A stretch of 64,000 nt of DNA from an uncultured Gammaproteobacteria bacterium. Its GTDB lineage: Bacteria > Patescibacteriota > Microgenomatia > JAUYPR01. Position 1 is the stretch's first letter. Each line of letters opens with the position of its first letter. The notes under the pieces were generated by a model, which was not told the origin of the DNA, did not search any database, and was given only the letters and a program-made list of their open reading frames with translations. Made by a program: the position numbers and the translations under genes. Below, one piece after another: positions 31,738 to 41,425 of the stretch. Location: the NCBI GenBank assembly GCA_964372495.1, contig CAYJQU010000003.1:79042-143041 (forward strand), written 5' to 3'.

Positions 31738-33195
31738 ATGAAAGAACTGATTAAAGAAGCGCTGGACTGTATTGAGGTAGCGAAGGCCGAGTATGGCGAT
31801 GTTCGCCTCGTTGCACGGCGAGTAGAGAATATAGCTACCAAGGATGGTGTTGTTGAGGCGCTTGAGCAATACGAAACCCAAGGAGTCGGAGTCCGTGTTC
31901 TAGTGAATGGAGCATGGGGTTTTGCTGCAACGTCAGTGCTGGCCAAAGCAGAGATAAAAAAAGCAGTTCGGGGTGCAGTTACGCTAGCTTGCGCCGCAGG
32001 TCGGGTAAATACCCAGAAAGTGATCCTTACCAAAGTTAATCCTGCAAAAGCAACCTACCGAACGCCGTATGAAATTGATCCATTCACCGTGCCACTCTCC
32101 GATAAGATCACCCTTCTTTTGCAAGCTGACGCCGCGCTGAGAGCCGATAAGCTAGTCAGGATATCACAAGCATGTATGCGCGCGTGGCGGGAGCAAAAAA
32201 CCTTCGCTTCGACCGAGGGTGCGTGGATTGAGCAGAAACTAACCGAGTGCGGTGCGGGAATCGAAGCCACAGGTGTTGAGGGCGACGAGGTGCAGAACCG
32301 GAGCTTCCCAAACTCATTCCGTGGCCAGTCTCAGACCAGAGGCTACGAGCTGATTCGTGAACTTGACTTAGTCGGAAATGCTCCCCGGGTAGGTACCGAG
32401 GCAGCACAATTGGTGCGTGCGCCGCAATGCCCGGCAGGAGAATTCGATATTATTCTTGATGGCAATCAAGTAGCTTTACAGGTGCATGAGAGCTGTGGGC
32501 ATCCTACAGAATTGGATCGTGTGTTTGGGATGGAGGCGAGCTATGCAGGCACCAGCTTCCTAACACCTGAGAAACTAAGGGTTTTTCGGTACGGTTCACC
32601 ACACGTCACGATCTCTGCGGACGCTACGTTGCCTGGGGGTCTTGGATCGTTTGGCTATGACGATGAGGGAGTGGCGGCACAGCGCCTACTGCTGGTGGAC
32701 AAAGGGACGTTCGTTGGGTACCTCACCTCTCGCGAGACTGCTGGTCGCGTTGGGATGCAAGCAAATGGCGCCATGCGTGCTGATGGGTGGTCGCGCCTTC
32801 CGCTTATCCGTATGACCAATATTAATCTTGAACCGGGAAGCTGGGATCTGCAGCATCTCGTTGCAGATACGAAGGACGGACTTTTCCTCTCCACAAATCG
32901 CAGCTGGAGCATCGACGATAGGAGGCTTAACTTTCAGTTCGGCACTGAAGCTGCTTGGGAAATTAAAAACGGTAAGCTGGGAAGGATGTATAAAAACCCG
33001 GTATACACCGGGATTACTCCCCAGTTTTGGGGCTCCTGTGACGCGGTATGCGGGAGCAACCATTGGGTCATTTGGGGCACTCCTAACTGTGGCAAGGGAG
33101 AGCCCTCACAAGTTGCCCATGTAGGGCATGGTGCCGCCCCTGCGCGATTTCGCAAGGTCAGGGTAGGTGCTGGGAAATGGGGGAGTGGGAAGTGA
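31738..33195 (+). CDS. tldD: TldD metalloprotease (peptidase U62)
   Basis: HESCGHPTELDR HExxxH motif; GxC glycine-rich C-terminus; start set at MKELIKEAL downstream of the tRNA. Confidence 0.8.
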   Translation: MKELIKEALDCIEVAKAEYGDVRLVARRVENIATKDGVVEALEQYETQGVGVRVLVNGAWGFAATSVLAKAEIKKAVRGAVTLACAAGRVNTQKVILTKVNPAKATYRTPYEIDPFTVPLSDKITLLLQADAALRADKLVRISQACMRAWREQKTFASTEGAWIEQKLTECGAGIEATGVEGDEVQNRSFPNSFRGQSQTRGYELIRELDLVGNAPRVGTEAAQLVRAPQCPAGEFDIILDGNQVALQVHESCGHPTELDRVFGMEASYAGTSFLTPEKLRVFRYGSPHVTISADATLPGGLGSFGYDDEGVAAQRLLLVDKGTFVGYLTSRETAGRVGMQANGAMRADGWSRLPLIRMTNINLEPGSWDLQHLVADTKDGLFLSTNRSWSIDDRRLNFQFGTEAAWEIKNGKLGRMYKNPVYTGITPQFWGSCDAVCGSNHWVIWGTPNCGKGEPSQVAHVGHGAAPARFRKVRVGAGKWGSGK

Positions 33196-33200
33196 GTAGA

Positions 33201-34550
33201 ATGCAGACGCCAGTAAACGAAGCAAAGCTCTACAAATTAGCCCAAGAAGCACTCGCCAGTTCCAAGGCAGACCAGACGGAGATTCTGTTCTCGGTGACGC
33301 AGCACGCATTGACGCGGTTTGCCAACTCTCAGATACATCAGAATACCCAATACGCCGACACGAGCATTTCGGTGCGGGCGGTAATCGGCAAAAAAATAGG
33401 AGTGTCCTCCACCAACCAGTTGACGAGCAAGGCAATCAAGGAAGCGGTTGAACGCGCGGTGGCACTTGCAAGACTACAGAAAGAAGATCAACATTTCATA
33501 TCGCTTCCTGGACCACTTCGTCCAACACCGGCGCCTCACGGATATCGGGAGCGCACTGCTTCTCACTCAGCGCGTCAGAAAGCGGATGCGGTACGAGAAA
33601 TTATAGTGGTGGGCCGAAGAGAGAAGCTAAAACTTTCTGGAGCATTTGAGACAAGTACTTCGCAAATTGCCGTTGCTAACTCCTTGGGGGTTTGGGTGTA
33701 TCACCCTGGGACTTCTGCTTCTTTATCTATAACGGCAACAGGAGCAACAGGCAGCGGCTATGCGAGTGCGCTGGATGCGGATGTAGGCGCGATTGATTCT
33801 CACCGTGTAGGCAGGACAGCTATAGATAAAGCGCAGCGAGCGCAAAATCCCACCGATATTGAACCAGGGGACTATGAAGTGATATTAGAGCCGACTGCGG
33901 TAAATGATCTCCTTGGCTATTTTTCCTGGCTGGGCCCAAATGCACGTATTTATCATGAGGATGTCAGCTTCATGAAAGATAAGTTAGGCCAGAAGATTTT
34001 GTCTGAGCACATAACGATTCACGAGGACGCCCTGCATCCAAAGATCATACCGCTGCCGTTTGATTTTGAGGGAGTGCCGAAACAGCGAGTAACACTGTTT
34101 GAAAAAGGTGTTGCAAAGGGGATTGTCTACGACTCGTATCATGCGCATCGGTACAAAGCGGAGAATACCGGCCATGCGCTCCCCGCGCCGAATACCGAGG
34201 GTGCCATTGCCGGACACCTGGTATTTGAGCCAGGAAAGCACACCATTCAGGAGATGATGGCCTCGGTTAAAAGAGGGCTTCTTGTTACCCGTTTTTGGTA
34301 TGTCAACGCGCTGCATTATAAGCGACTGATGCTGACCGGTATGACGCGGGATGGCACCTTCTTGATCGAAAATGGTACTATCGTGGGTCCGGTGAAGAAC
34401 TTACGATTCACCCAAAGTGTGATAGATGCGCTTGCCTCGGTGGAGATGGTTGGTGATACAGTGACCGCGCAGGGTAGTTGGCTGGGCACTAATTTGGTAC
34501 CGACTTTGAAGATCACGCCGTTTCATTTTTCAGGGAGCACTGAGCACTGA
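33201..34550 (+). CDS. pmbA: PmbA/TldE (TldD/PmbA family partner protein)
   Basis: family-typical N-terminus and position immediately after tldD; start at MQTPVNE. Confidence 0.7.
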   Translation: MQTPVNEAKLYKLAQEALASSKADQTEILFSVTQHALTRFANSQIHQNTQYADTSISVRAVIGKKIGVSSTNQLTSKAIKEAVERAVALARLQKEDQHFISLPGPLRPTPAPHGYRERTASHSARQKADAVREIIVVGRREKLKLSGAFETSTSQIAVANSLGVWVYHPGTSASLSITATGATGSGYASALDADVGAIDSHRVGRTAIDKAQRAQNPTDIEPGDYEVILEPTAVNDLLGYFSWLGPNARIYHEDVSFMKDKLGQKILSEHITIHEDALHPKIIPLPFDFEGVPKQRVTLFEKGVAKGIVYDSYHAHRYKAENTGHALPAPNTEGAIAGHLVFEPGKHTIQEMMASVKRGLLVTRFWYVNALHYKRLMLTGMTRDGTFLIENGTIVGPVKNLRFTQSVIDALASVEMVGDTVTAQGSWLGTNLVPTLKITPFHFSGSTEH

Positions 34551-35113
34551 TGATAAACGTCACAGAACTTCGCAGTGGCGCCGTGTTCACTATGGAGGGC
34601 CAGTTATGGCAGGTGCTGGCTTACGAGCACATCAAGATGGGGCGGGGGAGCGCCAACATCAAAGTGAAAGTGCGCAATGTTCGCACCGGTACCACAACCG
34701 AGAAGTCTTTTATATCTGGCGCTCGGGTGCAGGAGGCAGTGCTTCAGAAACGACCGACCCAGTATCTTTACAAAGATCGTGACGAGTATGTGTTTATGGA
34801 GACTGACACCTATTCGGAGATTCGGCTGCCTCAGGTGAGTGTCGGCGATCAAGGAAAGTTCTTGCTTGAGGGCTCGATCGTAACTTTACTCATGCATGAG
34901 GGTGAGCCAGTTGCTCTCGATTTACCCAAACAACTTGAGTATGCGGTGACAGAGACCGCTCCAGGAGTGAAAGGCGATACTGTCTCGAATGTCTATAAGC
35001 CTGCCACGCTCGAGAACGGCATCCAAGTACAAGTACCCATGTTTGTCAAGGTCGGCAACCGGGTCAAAGTCGATACTAAAACCGGCCAGTACGTGGAGCG
35101 GGTGGGAAAGTAG
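34550..35113 (+). CDS. efp: elongation factor P
   Basis: MINVTELRSGAVFTMEGQLWQVL...KMGRGSANIKVKVRN with the conserved KPG-type loop; 187 aa. Confidence 0.9.
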   Translation: MINVTELRSGAVFTMEGQLWQVLAYEHIKMGRGSANIKVKVRNVRTGTTTEKSFISGARVQEAVLQKRPTQYLYKDRDEYVFMETDTYSEIRLPQVSVGDQGKFLLEGSIVTLLMHEGEPVALDLPKQLEYAVTETAPGVKGDTVSNVYKPATLENGIQVQVPMFVKVGNRVKVDTKTGQYVERVGK

Positions 35114-35114
35114 T

Positions 35115-35630
35115 TTACAGCGACCACCAGAGGGCGACGGCGATGACGGCAAGCTGGGTGCTTATTCCTAAAAGTTTCGTAGTGCGCCACTGTAAACGAG
35201 ATTGCACCTGATAAAAGTATTTCCAGGGCGCGCCTTTGAGTCCCAAGAACAAATAAGGCGCCTCAAGCCAGTCTGGAAGTTGAGCCATAAACATCATGCC
35301 ATAGAGGTAGAGTGGATCTACACGGCTGCCGAACAATACACTCACCAATGCGATGCCGGTGAGCACATCGACGATGGACTCCGCCCAGCGCCTGCGGGTC
35401 GACTTTTCCTTCCAGTTGATGCCTTGGTCCCAGTGGGGAGTAAGGTCAAGTGCAAAGTGGGATAGAATAGCTAGCGGGATTGCAAGATACGGGTTGGGAA
35501 TACGAGCAGCTATGCTTGCCCCGACAATAGCATGGGTTGTGGCAACCATTAAATGTCCAGTATAGCAGGCGCTCGCAAGCCCCAGCAAATATGGTAGGAT
35601 AAAATAGATGTATCCTATCTTGTTCTCCAT
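35115..35630 (-). CDS. small polytopic membrane protein (His/Asp-rich, possible membrane-bound metal-dependent hydrolase-like)
   Basis: C-terminal 172 aa of a longer ORF; start placed at MENKIGYIYF; HAIVGASIAARIPNPYLAIPLAILSHFALDLTPHWDQ; the N-terminal part of the long ORF is antisense to lgt and is rejected. Confidence 0.35.
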   Translation of the reverse strand: MENKIGYIYFILPYLLGLASACYTGHLMVATTHAIVGASIAARIPNPYLAIPLAILSHFALDLTPHWDQGINWKEKSTRRRWAESIVDVLTGIALVSVLFGSRVDPLYLYGMMFMAQLPDWLEAPYLFLGLKGAPWKYFYQVQSRLQWRTTKLLGISTQLAVIAVALWWSL

Positions 35631-36531
35631 TGGACCGGTCACCGTGTATACGTTCGGTTTTTTTGCTTCGCTCGGCTTCTTGATGGCGACCTTTGTCATC
35701 TGGCGAATAGCCCGAGAACACGAGTGGAATATGGAACCGGTGTTCGACACAATCCTGCTGAGCACACTGGCCGGTATCATAGGTGCGCGGGCGTTGTATG
35801 TTTTTTTGCACCCGTACGAATTTGAGGGAAATCTGGCTAAAATGGTGTTGATCCTCAAATACCCTGGCTTGTCATTTCTGGGGGGACTGATACTGGGCAG
35901 TTTGGTATGCTGGCTGTGGCTGCGCCGGCACCGGCTGCCTATACGCGCAGTTGCCGATGCATTAAGCTTTGGTGTGCTGGTTGCGCATCTTTCCGGGTCG
36001 CTGGGGTGCTTTTTCAATGCGTGCATGTATGGGTCAATTACCTATCTACCGTGGGGCGTGGTGGTGCCGGGACTTTTAGGCAGGCGGCATCCGGTCGCGT
36101 TGTATTTTGTGTTGCTTGACCTGCTAATTCTCTTTTGGTTATGGCGACTCAGCACGCAGCATATAAAGCCAGGAGTCTCGACATCCTGGTTTTTTGTGTT
36201 GCTTCTCGGAAGCGTCGCACTAGTGGAACTGTGGCGTGGGGACAGTGTGTACTGGTTCTCGTTGCCGGCACAGGGACTGATTGCGGTTGCACTTGGCGTG
36301 GTCGCGACGGTTGTGTTATATAAAGCAACGGGACACACGGTACGCGGCGACTGGCATATACTCGTGCATAGGGCTCAGGCGATGGCAAGAGGCGAGCTGC
36401 GGCTGAATCTTTCCCCCGGCGCGTTTGCGGGCCTGGTAGTAAAGCCGTGGCGGGAGTGTACGATTGTGTTTCGTCAATGGCAACTGCGCAGTAGGTGGCG
36501 CAGAAAAAGGAGAAGGGAACATACTCTATGA
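35608..36531 (+). CDS. lgt: prolipoprotein diacylglyceryl transferase
   Basis: MYPILFSIGPVTVYTFG...; Lgt signature GSLGCFFNACMYG; 7 TM. Confidence 0.75.
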   Translation: MYPILFSIGPVTVYTFGFFASLGFLMATFVIWRIAREHEWNMEPVFDTILLSTLAGIIGARALYVFLHPYEFEGNLAKMVLILKYPGLSFLGGLILGSLVCWLWLRRHRLPIRAVADALSFGVLVAHLSGSLGCFFNACMYGSITYLPWGVVVPGLLGRRHPVALYFVLLDLLILFWLWRLSTQHIKPGVSTSWFFVLLLGSVALVELWRGDSVYWFSLPAQGLIAVALGVVATVVLYKATGHTVRGDWHILVHRAQAMARGELRLNLSPGAFAGLVVKPWRECTIVFRQWQLRSRWRRKRRREHTL

Positions 36532-36893
36532 CAAAAAAGTCGACTGATTCTGTGCTTTCTCGCATACAGAAGCAGCTGGAGAACGAAAAAGAGGCGGTAG
36601 ATGGACGGATTAAGACTCTGATACAAGAAGACCCATTCTTGCAGGAGGACCGTAACTATAGTCATGAACTTGCCCAGGACGCGACCGATACAGCAGGACA
36701 CGACCGCGTTATCGCGCTCAAAGCAGAGCTGTTGAAATATCGCCAAACTATCCTGGCGGCACTAAATAAGATTCGAATTGGTACCTATGGGAAATGTGAA
36801 GCTTGTAAGAAACCGATTGACGAGAATCGCCTGGCAGCTATGCCAATGGCTACGCTCTGCCTAACGTGCGAGGCTCGTAACGAACGTACGTAG
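36495..36893 (+). CDS. DksA/TraR-family C4 zinc-finger protein
   Basis: C-terminal CEACKKPIDENRL...CLTCEAR four-Cys finger preceded by a coiled-coil; possible alternative start at MTKKS (36528). Confidence 0.6.
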   Translation: MAQKKEKGTYSMTKKSTDSVLSRIQKQLENEKEAVDGRIKTLIQEDPFLQEDRNYSHELAQDATDTAGHDRVIALKAELLKYRQTILAALNKIRIGTYGKCEACKKPIDENRLAAMPMATLCLTCEARNERT

Positions 36894-36909
36894 CGCCGAG
36901 GGCCATCGC

Positions 36910-37677
36910 ATGCAAGATAGCGGTGTACCACGAGCGGTGTTCAGAGACGAAAAGCTGCTGGTTATCGATAAACCTCCAAAATATGTAGTCAACCGGGCAG
37001 AAACTCAAAAAGGACGTACGCTGGAGGATTGGATTCTGGAAACTGAGCCAGCGCTCGCGGCGGTTCCTCGTGCAGGGATTGTGCACCGTCTTGATAAGGA
37101 GACTTCAGGTCTTTTGGTAGTCGCGCGAGACGAGGAGACACAGTTACGTCTCATGGAGCAGTTTAAAGAACGACACGTGGAGAAGCGATATCTGACGCTT
37201 TTGCATGGGAATCTTTTTGAGGAAACAGCTGTGTCGCTTCCTGTGGGAAGAAATCCTCGTAACCGAGAGCGATTTGCGGTTCTGCCTACAGGAAAGGAAG
37301 CGTATACCCGTTTTGTACCGCAGGAGTGGTATACAATGGACCCTCAGTATCTTACGTCATTGGGTATCAAGTTAAAACAGCCCTTTCTGAATGCCTACAG
37401 TATCTTTACGTACTGTGAGGTTTTTCCTAGAACGGGACGAACACATCAAATTCGCGTGCATGCCAAGCACTTAGGGCAGCCAGTGGTGAGTGATGATACC
37501 TATGGCGGCCGCAACATGTCAAGAATTGACCGCAACTGGTGCCCTCGGCTCTTTCTACATGCAACATTCCTATCACTGACCCACCCGCACTCAGGAATAC
37601 AACTCTATTTCGAAAGCCCATTGCCGCCTGATTTACAGAGTGCGCTTGCTGTCCTTACGAAACGGTTGACCACGTAA
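36910..37677 (+). CDS. RluA-family pseudouridine synthase
   Basis: catalytic HRLDKETSGLLVVA motif; GRTHQIRVH motif. Confidence 0.8.
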   Translation: MQDSGVPRAVFRDEKLLVIDKPPKYVVNRAETQKGRTLEDWILETEPALAAVPRAGIVHRLDKETSGLLVVARDEETQLRLMEQFKERHVEKRYLTLLHGNLFEETAVSLPVGRNPRNRERFAVLPTGKEAYTRFVPQEWYTMDPQYLTSLGIKLKQPFLNAYSIFTYCEVFPRTGRTHQIRVHAKHLGQPVVSDDTYGGRNMSRIDRNWCPRLFLHATFLSLTHPHSGIQLYFESPLPPDLQSALAVLTKRLTT

Positions 37678-37744
37678 AGTCCGGTGCACATCGGACCGCG
37701 TGGTTGAATTTCGGGGCGGGGTAGTTCACAATAAAGAAAATTCT

Positions 37745-39457
37745 GCCATGCAAGATCTCATTGTTCAGTTCAGTTTGGTAGTGGGCTTGGCGACGGCGGT
37801 AGGGGTGCTCCTTCGGTTTTTGCGTCAGCCTCTCATTATTGCGTATCTGACAGCAGGACTGACTCTGTCGGCCTTTCGGCTGGTGGATCCAAGTCTTGCC
37901 GAAACGCTCAAGTTCTTGCCTGAAATCGGCATTGCGTTTCTGCTTTTCCTGGTAGGGATCGAGATGGACTTTCGCGAGCTCAAGCAAGTTGGTAGGGCTA
38001 TTTTTATTGCGAGCGTCGGCCAGATCCTCATTACCTTTGTAATTGGGATGCTCTTGTTACTGGGCATTGGCTTTCAAATCAAAGAATCGTTGTATCTTGC
38101 GGTAGGCCTATCTTTTTCTAGTACCATTTTGGTGGTAAAGTTTCTAACCGAACGCAAAGAGATTCTTTCTTTGCATGGGAAGTTGGCGGTGGGAATTCTT
38201 TTAGTTGAGGATTTGGTTGCCATTATTGCTCTTATGCTCTTGTCCATCTACAATACCACGGGTTCCTTGACAACCAATTTTCAACTATGGCCGCTTCTGT
38301 TTATTGTGTTAAAGGGACTGGCGCTCTTTTATGTATTGTTGTTTCTTGCAAAACGCGTGCTTCCTCATTTTTTTAGATTTGTTGCAGTAAGTCAGGAGCT
38401 GCTCTTTCTTTCGACTATCTCGTGGTGTCTGCTGTTTGTTGCGGTTACCATCCTCCTGGGTTTCTCGCTCGGGATCGGTGCGTTCCTTGCAGGTCTTGCA
38501 CTGGCCACGAGCCCTTACCGCTACGAGATAGCAGGGAAGCTCAAGCCGCTGCGGGACTTCTTTATCGCTCTGTTCTTTATTGATTTGGGAGCAACGGTAA
38601 GCTTTCTTCACATTGAGCGCTTGGTGAGTCCTGTGCTTTTTCTGTCGCTCTTTGTTCTCGTCTCAAAGCCTCTCATGTTTATGGCGATGTTGGGAAGACT
38701 TGGCTACAGCCGCCACACCATAACGCTTACTGCATCTTCCCTTACGCATATTTCAGAGTTCTCTCTTATTCTTGTAGCAGCTGGTGCACGGGTGGGCCAT
38801 GTGGGTGAAGTGGGGGTAGCTACTGCGGCGTTTGTAGGCATCGTGACAATGACTTTTTCCTCGCTCCTGATGGCTCAGCGGAAACAGTGGTATCCGGTAT
38901 GCGCCAAGGTGGCCGCTCTGTTTGAGCGTTCAGACGTGCGGCATCCGACAGCGGCGGTGTACCGTGAGCTTGAGCATCATGTGGTGCTCATAGGCTGTCA
39001 TCGCATCGGCAGCAGTATCTTGTCGTTTTTAAAAAGGCAGGAGAAACCGCTTATTGTGTTGGATTTCGATCCGAAAGTGATCGAGAAGCTATCAAGCGAA
39101 GGAGTAACCGCCTTGTTTGGGAGCATTTCAGATCCAGAGATTTTGGATCAGCTCCATCTGGCCAAGGCGGACCTTATCATCTCCACAGTGACTGATTTGG
39201 AGGACAATTTGGCGCTCCTTTCCGAGTTGCGCTCAGTGCATTCGCGTGCAAAAATACTCATGGCAGCCCAGTACCCTGATGATGCGTATGAACTCTATCG
39301 CAACGGCGCGCATTTTGTTATTTTGCCCTATGCAGAAGCGGGAGATCACATGTCACACCTGCTGGCAGAACACATTCACGACCTGTCATATTTTGAGAAG
39401 CATATTGATGAACGAATGCGTCAGGTACTTCAGGACATTAAACTACCGAGCAGATGA
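37745..39457 (+). CDS. CPA2-family cation/proton antiporter (KefB-like) with C-terminal RCK/TrkA-N domain
   Basis: about 12 TM N-terminal domain; C-terminal Rossmann VVLIGCHRIGSSILSFLK; start taken at MQDLIVQ. Confidence 0.75.
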   Translation, partial: AMQDLIVQFSLVVGLATAVGVLLRFLRQPLIIAYLTAGLTLSAFRLVDPSLAETLKFLPEIGIAFLLFLVGIEMDFRELKQVGRAIFIASVGQILITFVIGMLLLLGIGFQIKESLYLAVGLSFSSTILVVKFLTERKEILSLHGKLAVGILLVEDLVAIIALMLLSIYNTTGSLTTNFQLWPLLFIVLKGLALFYVLLFLAKRVLPHFFRFVAVSQELLFLSTISWCLLFVAVTILLGFSLGIGAFLAGLALATSPYRYEIAGKLKPLRDFFIALFFIDLGATVSFLHIERLVSPVLFLSLFVLVSKPLMFMAMLGRLGYSRHTITLTASSLTHISEFSLILVAAGARVGHVGEVGVATAAFVGIVTMTFSSLLMAQRKQWYPVCAKVAALFERSDVRHPTAAVYRELEHHVVLIGCHRIGSSILSFLKRQEKPLIVLDFDPKVIEKLSSEGVTALFGSISDPEILDQLHLAKADLIISTVTDLEDNLALLSELRSVHSRAKILMAAQYPDDAYELYRNGAHFVILPYAEAGDHMSHLLAEHIHDLSYFEKHIDERMRQVLQDIKLPSR

Positions 39458-39473
39458 TCAGATGTAACCCCAT

Positions 39474-40349
39474 ATGAAGTCTGCGCTACCCATTATGCTT
39501 ATTCTACCACTCGCAGTGACTATGGGTATGATAGGGTGGCAGCTGTTGGTGCCAGTTTACGCGCAACGCGATGTGTTTGTACTTCCCGCACCGGTGTATA
39601 CTTTTCTGTTTTCCCGCAAGGAAACGAGTCTTTACCTGTTTGCGCGTAATGACCGAGTGCTACTCCAGTTGATCACCGAAGGTACGGCCAACGTGCAGGG
39701 GGAGGTTGCGGTCGTGGTGCATAATCTTACCACTGGACAGTACGCGGCTTTAGGTGAACACGTGCAGATGCCCGCCGCTTCTCTCTATAAAGTGCCGGTT
39801 ATGATTGCATGGATGGCCCGTGCTGAGGAAGGAGGTCGGCCGCTTGATGAATATACAAAAGCGCAAATATATCGGATGATTACGGTATCCAGCAATCCTG
39901 ACGGACAGGAACTGGGAGCACGAATTGGCTGGGACACCGTGAGTGTGCTGATGAAGAATCTGGGGTTTAGAGACACGGCATTAACTGATCCTCCGGTGAC
40001 ATCAGCATCGGACATGGCGCAGATGTTTGCTGCATTGTATAATCGAGAGCTGGTCTCGCCGCGGTATTCCGAGGAGATGATACGGATACTTGCTGATCAA
40101 CAGATAAATGACCGAATTCCTCGCTCGCTGCCGCAAGGAACCGTCGTTGCCCATAAAACAGGTGAAATTGATCGATTTAGGCATGACGTCGGGGTGATTG
40201 AGGCGCCACACTCGGTATATGTGTTGGCTGTGTTGGGAGGCAACCTTTCCGATCCAGAACAAGCAACGGAAGCGATAGCAGATCTTTCTCGCAGTGTCTA
40301 CGACTACTTTGAGCAGCAGTTTACGAGGCCAGCGGCTCAGGTCTTGTGA
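39474..40349 (+). CDS. beta-lactamase-like serine hydrolase (class A beta-lactamase / LMW PBP-like)
   Basis: SxxK (ASLYK), SxN (VSSNPD) and KTG (HKTGE) motifs in the correct order and spacing; N-terminal signal/TM. Confidence 0.55.
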   Translation: MKSALPIMLILPLAVTMGMIGWQLLVPVYAQRDVFVLPAPVYTFLFSRKETSLYLFARNDRVLLQLITEGTANVQGEVAVVVHNLTTGQYAALGEHVQMPAASLYKVPVMIAWMARAEEGGRPLDEYTKAQIYRMITVSSNPDGQELGARIGWDTVSVLMKNLGFRDTALTDPPVTSASDMAQMFAALYNRELVSPRYSEEMIRILADQQINDRIPRSLPQGTVVAHKTGEIDRFRHDVGVIEAPHSVYVLAVLGGNLSDPEQATEAIADLSRSVYDYFEQQFTRPAAQVL

Positions 40350-40390
40350 GCCGCGTGAAAAGCTGATAGCATAAACTTCAAGACCTGCCC

Positions 40391-41401
40391 ATGCGTACTC
40401 GTAAGCTTACTCACCAGGCCGTGCGCCGGAAACGGCGTCATGCGTTTATAGTGGCACTCGTGCTGTTTCTATTGGCAGCACTGGGTGTGTCCCATACAGT
40501 CAAATGGTTTCGCAATAACTTACAGGCAACTGAAAAGGCGGTCTTTGACACGTATGCGTGGGATGGGCGTGGGCAAATCAACCTGCTAATTATCGGCAAT
40601 CCGTACATACTGATGGTGCTGCGCCCGGAAAGTGGATACCTTAAGCTGCTTACTATTCCTGAAGATACTCGTCTTACCGTTGCAGGCGGGTTTGGCGAGT
40701 ATCGGATACGTGCCATTTACGAACTTGGTGAACTGGAAGGCAAACGGCAGGGCGCCGCGTTCGTCACATCCTCAGTAAGTCGGTATTTCGGCGTCCCGAT
40801 AGACGGTTACGTGCTGCACCATGACTTCATGAGGGAGCAGGTGATTGAATACTTACGTGCTAAGGGTAAAGATCCACTGTGGTGGGTGCGAGAGGGGCCT
40901 GTATGGTTTCTACGACTTGAGTCTAATCTTTCCCGCTATGATCTCGGGCGAGTTGTGTGGGCGCTTACCTGGGCACGATTTGACAAAGTCCGAGCCATTG
41001 AGTTGCGCCCTGGAAGTGAGCTTATGGTACTAACCCGGAAAGATGATACTATTGAGCTGATACCAAATGAGTTGGCAGTAGATCGAGTGGTGCAGGCCCA
41101 TTTGCAGGACGAGACTGTGGTGCGCGAGAGGCAGCGCGTGGTGATAAAAAATGCAACGCTGCATCCGGGACTTGGTGCACAAGTCGCGAGGCGTTTGAGA
41201 AATTTGGGTGCTGACGTGGTAGCTGTGGAGAATGCACAAATGTTTTCTGCACAGACGAAGGTGTACGGATTGCCTTCATACACACTCAAACGAGTGCATC
41301 AACTGGTCGTTTCGTCGTATAATACAACCCAGTCTTCATCAGCTGACCCTCGGGCAGATATCACGGTAGAGGTGGGTGAGGACGAATGGCTGCACCGGTA
41401 A
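40391..41401 (+). CDS. LytR-CpsA-Psr (LCP) family protein
   Basis: N-terminal TM; INLLIIGNPY...LRPESGYLKLLTIPEDTRL resembles the LCP core; C-terminal LytR_C-like region. Confidence 0.5.
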   Translation: MRTRKLTHQAVRRKRRHAFIVALVLFLLAALGVSHTVKWFRNNLQATEKAVFDTYAWDGRGQINLLIIGNPYILMVLRPESGYLKLLTIPEDTRLTVAGGFGEYRIRAIYELGELEGKRQGAAFVTSSVSRYFGVPIDGYVLHHDFMREQVIEYLRAKGKDPLWWVREGPVWFLRLESNLSRYDLGRVVWALTWARFDKVRAIELRPGSELMVLTRKDDTIELIPNELAVDRVVQAHLQDETVVRERQRVVIKNATLHPGLGAQVARRLRNLGADVVAVENAQMFSAQTKVYGLPSYTLKRVHQLVVSSYNTTQSSSADPRADITVEVGEDEWLHR

Positions 41402-41425
41402 AAACGAACTCCCTGCCAGCAATGC

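Noticed and set aside
35631-36026. N-terminal 130 codons of the 303-aa minus-strand ORF 35115-36026
   Set aside because: This part is antisense to lgt, which carries a clear Lgt signature, and is Arg/Ser-rich; only the C-terminal hydrophobic 172 aa were kept as a gene
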